From IMG/VR virus record IMGVR_UViG_3300032297_000368, positions 17,470 to 81,469 of that record: a DNA stretch of 64,000 nt. One strand, given 5' to 3'. Under the pieces are notes generated by a model. It was given only the letters and a program-made list of their open reading frames with translations, was not told the DNA's origin and did no database searches. The stretch's first letter is position 1, and each line of letters opens with the position of its first letter. This stretch comes from a virus. Positions 10,301 through 17,688 of the stretch are shown here, in pieces. Both the position numbers and the translations under genes were made by a program.

Positions 10301-11433
10301 CCATTAACGTAAATTGTCCATGTATCACCGACACGAGTACAAGCAATATGATTCCATTGACCTAATACTATGCTAACACTTGATGTTATTGAAACGCCAT
10401 AGGTACTTCCATTAACAGTAGCTTGAAATATTGGAGCTGTTGATCCACCAAATCCTAGTCTAAACCCAGCAATTGTAACATTAGATGCTCTTTTTGTTAA
10501 TAAATCACAAGTTCCTGGTACTGCGGATGAAAAGAACCAACATTCTACTGAAAAATCTAAATTCAAAAAGTTTAAGAAATCACTATCAGGCACAGTCATG
10601 TAATCCGCTGTACCATCAAAGTAATAGCACCATTTATCACCATAAGGATAAATTGCTGCTGGATGAATGTCACCAAAAGTTCTGAACGAATGATTACTTG
10701 GAGACATATCACTATTAAATTTAGTTTTCTCAGGACCTATAAGGTGCATAGTAGTTCTATAATATTCACTGTCTCCTGAACCTACCTCATCAATATAATA
10801 CTGAACAGTGTTTTGGTTTTCTGCATCTTTAACATCAATATACATATTGGTAGAAGAACCAGCTGTATTGGGTATTCCATAATAATAACCATTAGCTAAT
10901 AAAGTTGTGTTGGCAGGTATAGTACTACCATTTGCAACTGAATATATCAGAGTGTTTGATGTTGGTGATGAAGAAAAATTGTAATTAAAAGGATAATTTA
11001 AAAGTTTCGGGTTTAGAATTAAACTACCAAAATTTGGCCAAACAGGAAAATCACTATACTGTATGCCATTGACACGTACAGCATTAGTACCATCTCCGTT
11101 TTGAACATATACGTTATAAAAACCTGTTGGTTTTGGTGGTAATAATGCTCTTAATTGTGTTGATGAAACGTATGTTGTAGAATTTGCCTGTTGATAATCA
11201 ACTGTATCGTTATTTGAACTACCAAGAATAACTATAGAACCCGTATCGAAACCTGATCCATTAATTACAACATACGTACCAGTGCCACTTGAACCAGTAT
11301 TAGCCGCAAGATCATCTAAAACATTATAAGATGAATCTGTTATTTGTATTGATTGAATTCTAGGACCAGAAAGACCAAACTGCGCTAGTGTGGATTCTTC
11401 GATATTAAATTCTTTTATTAAATTTGATGGCAT
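7396..11433 (-). CDS. Large virion protein with five LamG/concanavalin-like domains (receptor-binding fibre)
   Basis: Repeats of YFDGTGDY...FTxECW...WNH/WTH...NG...R(V/I)...YTAN. Confidence 0.85.
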   Translation of the reverse strand: MPSNLIKEFNIEESTLAQFGLSGPRIQSIQITDSSYNVLDDLAANTGSSGTGTYVVINGSGFDTGSIVILGSSNNDTVDYQQANSTTYVSSTQLRALLPPKPTGFYNVYVQNGDGTNAVRVNGIQYSDFPVWPNFGSLILNPKLLNYPFNYNFSSSPTSNTLIYSVANGSTIPANTTLLANGYYYGIPNTAGSSTNMYIDVKDAENQNTVQYYIDEVGSGDSEYYRTTMHLIGPEKTKFNSDMSPSNHSFRTFGDIHPAAIYPYGDKWCYYFDGTADYMTVPDSDFLNFLNLDFSVECWFFSSAVPGTCDLLTKRASNVTIAGFRLGFGGSTAPIFQATVNGSTYGVSITSSVSIVLGQWNHIACTRVGDTWTIYVNGVSGGTVTLSGTIPRNTATFGIGVSGTTNVVTSSFIFDVRVQLRASAYGAAFTPPTTKLQKNSNTVLLTLQDRYLVDRSDRNFTITRLNDVAARPFNPFGDNTAYNNTARLGSTYFDGTGDYMLADPGNSTDFNLLTGDFTWECWVYYTGTYAAASMYFDTNALSDATGTGRLRIGQAITTGAVTVTTNNATVLITGAQMPRNAWTHLLLSRRNNTLRLFMNGLQTGATSTSVVSFITKANRPSIGADGQTAGGSPMIGYLHGLRVLKNTALWTANTTPPTVPADVDANTVLLMMQTYDGENNKRLVDTSKTGGLITYPAAQNGPVGSFSPFSPYGYSGYFDGTSTNIDYITVAANTNLYLSNYDHCIECWIHPATDQQVFGIVWSYNGLASGGGAGRYYFAFGGLPIAQLSFQGSSGLGISTSIYYTPNLNKWNHLCITRTGETFRIFLNGILAGRANNAIVFPDQSSPLSVGATTDVNEQFKGWISNFRVTINSVPTLYQTTETTTGTQVFTPPTEPLTVEANTKLLLLADNRFRDKSNNNFAVTRNGDNTKIIPFGPFRGSNAYQPHLHGASWLAQDAGNYFTIPYSKELYDWWQTGSGVVVPYTIELWFYAISLPVTTTVPHIIGSQAIAAATTYWSFGLRAAGTVVFQYNNGTSQYVVSTKTVKAMEWNHLAVTITSSGIRVWVNGEANPAVAISGTPNPTLSTVPLSIGAFNNATMFGYYSNLRIVKGDAIYTANSAPPTAPVTRTANTVLLMNFDTGGIVDYTTRHNLQTIADPKSWPAPSRAGGTYNTFKNKYSNTSLWFDGTGDYLQMAPARSETENFGTGNWCIEFWIYRYGAAQQTIYDQRSATTQNSPLIYLSTTNNVRYYMGGADRISTAAITSNTWVHVAVERYNSNVSIYIDGSRSGAIWIDANNHTVNAHYIGGTTTSQPYYGHIQDFRITRGARYTANLTNEMYQSYPIGY

Positions 11434-11439
11434 ATTTTA

Positions 11440-11817
11440 TTATATTGGAACAAAAACTCGTAAACCTCTATGTTTCGTAGCATAACTACCATCAGGTTTT
11501 ACAACATAAACGGTAAAATAATCTAAAACATCAATACCAGGAAGAGTAACATTTAATTCTTCTGAACTTACTACAGTTACAAGTGTAGCTGCTACATTGC
11601 CAACATAAACTAACATAGGCGAAGAATAATTATCTCCTAATATTTTAATATAACCAGTTGACGATGGTGATATTCTACCTAATCCATTGTTAGCAAAAGC
11701 ATTATCTGTAGTCCAAACAGAATACAATTTTGGTGGAAATGATGGTCGATTAGCATCATATCCTAGTTTAGCTAATGCTGCGTCATCGATATTATCAGCT
11801 GTTATTTTTTGTGTCAT
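11440..11817 (-). CDS. Stand-alone IPT/TIG-like virion protein
   Basis: Shares the GYIKILG...VSSEEL...VYVVKPDG pattern with the N-termini of the two downstream fibre genes. Confidence 0.6.
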   Translation of the reverse strand: MTQKITADNIDDAALAKLGYDANRPSFPPKLYSVWTTDNAFANNGLGRISPSSTGYIKILGDNYSSPMLVYVGNVAATLVTVVSSEELNVTLPGIDVLDYFTVYVVKPDGSYATKHRGLRVFVPI

Positions 11818-12074
11818 TTGTTTACTTCATCGAAAATTTTCTTCTGTTCAGCATACCATTCTTGCCATGCTTGCAGTTTAATACGAATCTCATAATAAGA
11901 TTGACTATTATCTGCGGTGTTCTTGATTATCTCACTAATGTTCTTAGTATCTTCAGGAACTTTATTTAGAGTAGGTGCAGGTTGCATTAACTCTGGTGGT
12001 ACTTCTGGAAACTTTTGTTTAACAGGTACAGCAACAGAACAACCGGCAAGTAATAAGATTAAAAGATATTTCAT
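11814..12074 (-). CDS. Putative o-spanin (Rz1-like lipoprotein)
   Basis: Lipobox LLAGC after MKYLLILL; Pro-rich PEVPPELMQPAP; W-rich C-terminus. Confidence 0.75.
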   Translation of the reverse strand: MKYLLILLLAGCSVAVPVKQKFPEVPPELMQPAPTLNKVPEDTKNISEIIKNTADNSQSYYEIRIKLQAWQEWYAEQKKIFDEVNK

Positions 12075-12511
12075 TTTTGTGCCTCTAATGCCTTATTGTA
12101 AAACTTAATGGCTTCTGGCGTGAGAGAACAATCTTTATCTATAACTTCTTTCTGTATTTCAATTTCTTTCTTAACCACATCAATATATTCTTTTTGTAGT
12201 TTAACTTTAGTTACAATCTTCTCTCTGATAACTGTATTTACTTTAGCAGACTTTTCTTCTGCTATGGCAATCTTAGCCTCTAGTTCTTTAACACGAGCCT
12301 GCCATTTCTTTTCAACAGCAATACCACCAAAGAAATATATGGCACCAACCAACATTAGAATGCAAATGATTCTAATTGGTAATAAGTATTTACCAATGAC
12401 TGGTATCTTAGATAGGAAATAAGTTGCGATTGTGCCAAAGAATCCTAGAACTAGGAATGTATTAGCAAGTGCAAGAAAAACCGAATCTGGTAAAAAATTA
12501 AGCAACCACAC
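12071..12511 (-). CDS. Putative i-spanin (Rz-like)
   Basis: N-terminal TM helices, coiled coil, C-terminal Cys; overlaps the lipoprotein gene. Confidence 0.7.
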   Translation of the reverse strand: MWLLNFLPDSVFLALANTFLVLGFFGTIATYFLSKIPVIGKYLLPIRIICILMLVGAIYFFGGIAVEKKWQARVKELEAKIAIAEEKSAKVNTVIREKIVTKVKLQKEYIDVVKKEIEIQKEVIDKDCSLTPEAIKFYNKALEAQK

Positions 12512-12713
12512 CTTTGCGCCTCATGTATGTAATAAATGGATAAAGTTTTTTCTTCTTAACTCCAGGTTCACCATCTTTACCTACACCGGCGCCTGCTATA
12601 TTTCCACCACTGATATTGTTTGTGGGAATTTCTTCTTGTTGTATTGGCTTGCAGACTTTATCGGTACTACACCAATAATATCCAACACCACATTCTTTTT
12701 TGAATTCGTTCAT
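12498..12713 (-). CDS. Hypothetical protein
   Basis: In-operon ORF with CGVGYYWC...C motif and an EEIPTN...GIAG...EPGV segment. Confidence 0.55.
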   Translation of the reverse strand: MNEFKKECGVGYYWCSTDKVCKPIQQEEIPTNNISGGNIAGAGVGKDGEPGVKKKKLYPFITYMRRKGVVA

Positions 12714-13102
12714 TTTATCTGCCTTAGAGTATCTGCGATTTTCATGTCTATAGGTATATCGGAAGAGATTACATCTTGTCCTTTAATACCTCTGACTCGT
12801 TCCGGCATACAACTCAAAAACAACAAATATGTTTTTAAGATATCGTAATCTTCTTTAGGAACTTTAAAAAATAATAATCTAGTAGTAACTTCAACACCAA
12901 AAACATTATTCAAAATAATGAGATGATTAAGAACTAATTGTTCCCTCATCTCATCATATTTTTTGTACCGCTTAAAGAGTTTTTTAAGATAATTAAACCT
13001 TTTCATATCTTCTTTAAATTCACTCATTATGCAGTTTGGCTTGTCGTAAGCTTTAACTGCATAGAGTGTCACGTTCTCATTGGTCAAATTATCGAAATAC
13101 AT
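12710..13102 (-). CDS. Conserved T4-like hypothetical protein
   Basis: YDKPNC...EFKEDMKRFNY...LNHLIILNNVFG pattern recognised from T4-like phages. Confidence 0.7.
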   Translation of the reverse strand: MYFDNLTNENVTLYAVKAYDKPNCIMSEFKEDMKRFNYLKKLFKRYKKYDEMREQLVLNHLIILNNVFGVEVTTRLLFFKVPKEDYDILKTYLLFLSCMPERVRGIKGQDVISSDIPIDMKIADTLRQIK

Positions 13103-13494
13103 TAATCCTCGTCTTCATCCTCCGATACGAGGGAATTAATAGTATCTTCATCGCCAACTTGTGCATAGAAGTCATAATATCCTTCATCGGTAATATAATA
13201 TATCACGTACAAATATATGATATGGTCTTCATTATCATATTGTTTTAAATCGAAAGTGATTTCATCACCTTCTTGGTCGAAATCATACATGACAGGCATA
13301 TCTAGTCCGAAACGATAAAGACATTTTCGAATCTTTTGTATGCCTGCATGTACATCCATTATTAAACCATCAGATAATTCTCGGTTTAATAATGAATTAA
13401 TTTCTCCAACGACCATTGGATTATCAATCGAAGAGGATGCACGTTGAGTCGGCTCATGTGCGTCATGAGCCTGACCTGTAATAATATTAGACAT
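13102..13494 (-). CDS. Hypothetical acidic protein
   Basis: TAATG-coupled to both neighbours. Confidence 0.65.
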   Translation of the reverse strand: MSNIITGQAHDAHEPTQRASSSIDNPMVVGEINSLLNRELSDGLIMDVHAGIQKIRKCLYRFGLDMPVMYDFDQEGDEITFDLKQYDNEDHIIYLYVIYYITDEGYYDFYAQVGDEDTINSLVSEDEDED

Positions 13495-14294
13495 TAGTTG
13501 AGTTGTTCGTCATCAGCACCATCGCTAGTCATAGAACGCATTGGAACTAAAGTTTCATACGTTACACGACCTGCACGACCGCCAGTACCTTCTATACGAA
13601 GATTCCAACCTGGTGTTACTCCGCCTTTACGACCTTCAGCGCCAGTTAAAGATAAACTTACTTGAGTACCAACACCACCTGTACCACCAACTACAACAGC
13701 AGCAGTATTTGATTGATAGCCTTCGCCAGCAGCAGTCAATCGAGCTTTCAATAAATTGAAAGTTAAACTTGCAGTGAATCCTGTACCGCTACCAGTATTA
13801 GATGTGAATGGATTGTTAGTAACTGTAGGCAATACTGTGTAATCGCCAGCAGTTGAAATTGAAACGCCAGTTACATTACCATTAGCATTTACAGAGGTAA
13901 CTGTAAGAACTGCGGAAGTTCCTGTGCCGCCAGTAGCTGTAAAGGTATTACCAACAGCATAACCAGTACCATTTGCTGTAATTGCTGTGCCAGTTACACT
14001 AGCATTTGTAGCTACAGTTGCTTGTGAAGTATTTGCACCAGTAATAGTAACTGTTGGTAATGCTGTGAAGCCAGAACCACCTGAAGTTACTGTAACGGAT
14101 GCGATATTACCAGTAGTTACACCAGTAATTTCATCGGTAGAAATACCGAATAAACCTAATTCTATATTTGGAACATAACCACTAGCCGTAGTGTTGGCGT
14201 ATAGTGTTGAACCGTTTGCAGAGACTCCTAATCCACTAGCGACTGGTATGTTAGGCGCTGTATCGCTGGAATCTGTACTTTTATATAAAGACAT
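13494..14294 (-). CDS. Virion structural protein (Thr/Gly-rich beta repeats)
   Basis: VTSGGSGFT-PTVTI type repeats; C-terminal GGRAGRVTYETLV; late promoter upstream. Confidence 0.65.
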   Translation of the reverse strand: MSLYKSTDSSDTAPNIPVASGLGVSANGSTLYANTTASGYVPNIELGLFGISTDEITGVTTGNIASVTVTSGGSGFTALPTVTITGANTSQATVATNASVTGTAITANGTGYAVGNTFTATGGTGTSAVLTVTSVNANGNVTGVSISTAGDYTVLPTVTNNPFTSNTGSGTGFTASLTFNLLKARLTAAGEGYQSNTAAVVVGGTGGVGTQVSLSLTGAEGRKGGVTPGWNLRIEGTGGRAGRVTYETLVPMRSMTSDGADDEQLN

Positions 14295-14321
14295 CTTTTT
14301 CTCCTAATGAGTTATTGTTAT

Positions 14322-14329
14322 TATTTATA
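14322..14329 (-). promoter_or_regulatory. T4-type late promoter TATAAATA
   Basis: Exact consensus overlapping the stop codon of the upstream gene; gp55 is encoded in the window. Confidence 0.75.
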
Positions 14330-15824
14330 CGTTATCTACCTTTTGTACCTGAGAGTTTAATTCAGGTTCAGGTTCAAATTTGTCATTACCTTTGTTCTTT
14401 TCTTTTGCTTTCTTAACTGCTTCACGTACAATTTGTGCTTTACGTGATTCTTGTATTTGCACAGATTCAGGCACGCAGTTTGGAACTTTCTTGCCACCCT
14501 TCTTTTTCATACCAACCATCTGGTAACCTTTCCAACAAGGGTCTTCACCTTTCATCTCATTAGCTTCAGAAACTTTAGCGGTTTGTTTCTTCATAGCACT
14601 TTTAGCCAAATCACGAGCACGAGACATTGGTGTATGTTTTGCACCTGACTTATCTGTTACAGTGCCGCCTGTAGATTTCTTGTAAGGAGGATCAAAAGGT
14701 GGTGAGTATTTTTGTTTCAAATACTTGTCAACTTTGCGATCATATTCATCTTTAGGTTTCTTAGCAACAGGAGTGGCATTTGGAGAAGGAACAAATGAAT
14801 TAACTGCTTCATCGATCTCACTCATCATATAGTTGGCAACTGTTGAAATGTAATCTTCAGCAAGAGTGATCTTAGATTGAACCCACTCAGGAAGATTATC
14901 ATTATCTTCCAACATGTCATGTACTCTTTGAGCATTGTTGATAATACTTTGTAATTGACCACGAGCCATATCACCTTCGTAATCATACTCTGTTTTTTCT
15001 TTTGCTTCATTCAAGCCATATTTCTTCTTGTACCAATCTGGTGTGCCAGACTTTTTACGGAAATAACGTACAGTTGCCGAATCATTTGCTTGGTCACGAT
15101 ATTTGTTTTCTGCTGTTGTATTGTGACCTTTCATCGCTTCTGCTGCCTTGTGTGCATCTTTAGCAATGTATTCTAATTCAGCATTAGTCTTTTTGTGATA
15201 CTCATGGCCTTCTAATGGATGACGTTGTGATTGGCGACCTTCTTCCAATTCAACTTCTTCATGTAAATCAGCATGGCATGATCTATTTGGGCAACGATCT
15301 ACATGATTCTTGAAGTTTTTTGCATCATCATGAGATTTAAATTTAAAGTAAGCACCTTTATCAGAAGCACCATCATATGTACCGCCATGTTTTTTAAGTC
15401 CAGATACTACATGTTCAGTATCTTTTGCATCAGGTTCATTACCATATTTACTACCATCACTTACGTGAACTAAATGTTCTTCTTCAAGAGATTCAACTTC
15501 TTCTTTCATTGCATCAATCTCTTTTTGCTTTTGTGCTGCCATTTGTTTGTAATGTGAAGGATCAGGTAAACCAGATGCCTTACGTCTTGCAGCATGTTCA
15601 CGTGCTAAACGTTCAGCAGGAGATTCAGGAGGCATCTTAAAGTTTACTTTAATCTTAGCCTCTTGCATTGATCGTTTCTTCACATGATCTACTTGTTGCT
15701 GATATTCTTGTGAATCAACTGTATAATGCTCTTCATCATCCGTAGAACCTTTCGGTCCCTTGTCATGATTAGGATCCATTTTAGCAAAACGAATCGATTT
15801 AAATACTTTAGATGCCTTCTTCAT
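14325..15824 (-). CDS. Charged modular protein, putative internal head (poly)protein
   Basis: Short modules separated by Glu-rich linkers (KEEVESLEEE, LHEEVELEEG, GLNEA, EIDEA, VQIQES). Confidence 0.6.
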   Translation of the reverse strand: MKKASKVFKSIRFAKMDPNHDKGPKGSTDDEEHYTVDSQEYQQQVDHVKKRSMQEAKIKVNFKMPPESPAERLAREHAARRKASGLPDPSHYKQMAAQKQKEIDAMKEEVESLEEEHLVHVSDGSKYGNEPDAKDTEHVVSGLKKHGGTYDGASDKGAYFKFKSHDDAKNFKNHVDRCPNRSCHADLHEEVELEEGRQSQRHPLEGHEYHKKTNAELEYIAKDAHKAAEAMKGHNTTAENKYRDQANDSATVRYFRKKSGTPDWYKKKYGLNEAKEKTEYDYEGDMARGQLQSIINNAQRVHDMLEDNDNLPEWVQSKITLAEDYISTVANYMMSEIDEAVNSFVPSPNATPVAKKPKDEYDRKVDKYLKQKYSPPFDPPYKKSTGGTVTDKSGAKHTPMSRARDLAKSAMKKQTAKVSEANEMKGEDPCWKGYQMVGMKKKGGKKVPNCVPESVQIQESRKAQIVREAVKKAKEKNKGNDKFEPEPELNSQVQKVDNV

Positions 15825-15826
15825 GA

Positions 15827-16750
15827 TTAATCCTCTTTAGCTCGTTTAGTAGCAGTTGCGTACATTACAGACTTAGCGTCTTTACCATAACGTTCTTTGA
15901 AACCTGAAAGACCTTTTTTCATTGACATAACGATATCTTCTTTCTTTTTAGATTCTGAAGCAGTCAATGAACGTTCTTCGAGGGCTTCTAATTCTTCTTT
16001 AGTTAGTTTTTTTACAGCACGACCAATACCTTTTTCACGATTGGACATTCTGCGTTCACGATCTTCAAGGTCTTTATCTCTTTCTGGATCTTCACCTGGA
16101 TCACCATACTGACGGTGTTCATCTTCACCATGGTCAAAAGCATCATTTGATTGATCTTTAGCAGCTTTCTTTATATAAGAACCGAGAGTTGATTTTGCGA
16201 GTTCATCAAGTTGTTCAATATCTTCAACAAAAATTTCATCGAGAGCCTTGATACCTTGTTCATCAAGTTTCTTCAACATACTTGTGAAAGATTCTTTGTA
16301 TAGTTTGGTATTGGTTCTACGTTTTTGATTAGCACCGTAAGTCTTACCTTTTTTACCAGTCTTCTCTTCGGTTTCATCTTCATCTTTGTAATTACGTTCG
16401 TGTTTTAAACCAGTGGCAGTCTTAGTAACTGTACCTTTGGTGTAATTACCCATTCTACGGTGTGCATCAGCAACTGTAGGAAATGCTTCATCGATTTCTT
16501 CAACTTCCTCTTTTACTTTTACATTGTACTCTTTACCACCTGGTCCGATATCAGCAGTTCTTACACCGATAGGTTTCTTGGTGCTAACAACAGCAGGCTT
16601 CTTAGCACGTAAAAGTTTAAAGTCATGAGAATCAATTTTACCATTCTTGTTGGCATCAATTTTATGTTGATTGCCTTTCAGTTCTTCATCCATAACATGT
16701 TGTACTGCATCAGCTACACCTTTCAGTGTTTTGTCGTTATAAGTTGACAT
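15827..16750 (-). CDS. Charged modular protein, putative internal head protein
   Basis: DANKNGKIDSHDF EF-hand-like loop; linkers VKEEVEEIDEA, IEQLDEL, EELEALEER. Confidence 0.6.
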   Translation of the reverse strand: MSTYNDKTLKGVADAVQHVMDEELKGNQHKIDANKNGKIDSHDFKLLRAKKPAVVSTKKPIGVRTADIGPGGKEYNVKVKEEVEEIDEAFPTVADAHRRMGNYTKGTVTKTATGLKHERNYKDEDETEEKTGKKGKTYGANQKRRTNTKLYKESFTSMLKKLDEQGIKALDEIFVEDIEQLDELAKSTLGSYIKKAAKDQSNDAFDHGEDEHRQYGDPGEDPERDKDLEDRERRMSNREKGIGRAVKKLTKEELEALEERSLTASESKKKEDIVMSMKKGLSGFKERYGKDAKSVMYATATKRAKED

Positions 16751-16772
16751 GTGTTTCTCCTATTTTAATTTT

Positions 16773-17369
16773 TTAACCTATTGCTACTGAACTTGTTTCG
16801 TATGCACCACTAATGTCGAAGTGGCTAGTGTTTGCTGTTGCACTAACTGGTGTATTATATTTCCATGCCAAGTCTGTTGTGCTTCCTGAATAATACAATT
16901 TCATTGTTGTATTTGAATCTGGTGAAGAATCTTCTATATCTGTGATTCCTGCAATATGATATCTTGCATCTGTAGCTTCATTATGTAAAGTACCACCACG
17001 AATTGTTGTTGTAGCGGATACAGGGAAAGGTAATGTGATTTGATATTGGCTGTTTGCACCAAAATCGGTAGTATTTGCGAATTGCACATTCACTCTAAAG
17101 TGGACAATTAAACCCTGTTTAACAAATGAACCAGTTGATACTGTACCCGATAATGTGTTACCTGACACTGTTTTGAATTCTGGGTCATATGATCTACTAA
17201 CCGATGCAATACCAAATGCAATACCACCGGGAGTCTCACCATCAGAAAGTCGTATTGGTGTTGAACCGTCTTGATCGTAAAAAACTTCTCCTTTTCTACC
17301 AATATAATTATTGGCAGTTGTGTTGCCCATAGTATCAGTAAAAAATTTACGTGTTATGTTCGTTGTCAT
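16773..17369 (-). CDS. Tail-fibre-like virion protein
   Basis: N-terminal GRKGEVFYD...IRLSDGETPGG motif typical of fibre N-termini; beta-rich C-terminus. Confidence 0.55.
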   Translation of the reverse strand: MTTNITRKFFTDTMGNTTANNYIGRKGEVFYDQDGSTPIRLSDGETPGGIAFGIASVSRSYDPEFKTVSGNTLSGTVSTGSFVKQGLIVHFRVNVQFANTTDFGANSQYQITLPFPVSATTTIRGGTLHNEATDARYHIAGITDIEDSSPDSNTTMKLYYSGSTTDLAWKYNTPVSATANTSHFDISGAYETSSVAIG

Positions 17370-17385
17370 TTTTTTATTCCTTTAA

Positions 17386-17688
17386 TTAACAATTCCATTT
17401 TCTCAACGATTTGTTGATACGTGAATCTGGATCACGTGCTGTTTCAGCTGATGTTAGTTTATCTTTCATGCCTCGCATTCTACGGCAGAATGATAATCTA
17501 CGTTTAGCTGACTTAGAACCTTTTTTTAATTTTGATGGATCTGTAGTAACAGCAGTTTGTAACTTGGAACCTGGATTTTCACGGCGATAAGATTCAACTC
17601 CTTTTTGGTTTAAACCACCTTCAGGATTTTTTCCTTCTTTACGCTGCCATGCCGCAGATTCGTTAATAAATTCTTTGAATGATATCAT
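17386..17688 (-). CDS. Basic phage protein (DUF6321-like) with a capsid-targeting-like N-terminus
   Basis: MISFKEFINES; AWQRKEGKNPEGGLN...SFCRRM...SLRKWNC. Confidence 0.7.
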   Translation of the reverse strand: MISFKEFINESAAWQRKEGKNPEGGLNQKGVESYRRENPGSKLQTAVTTDPSKLKKGSKSAKRRLSFCRRMRGMKDKLTSAETARDPDSRINKSLRKWNC

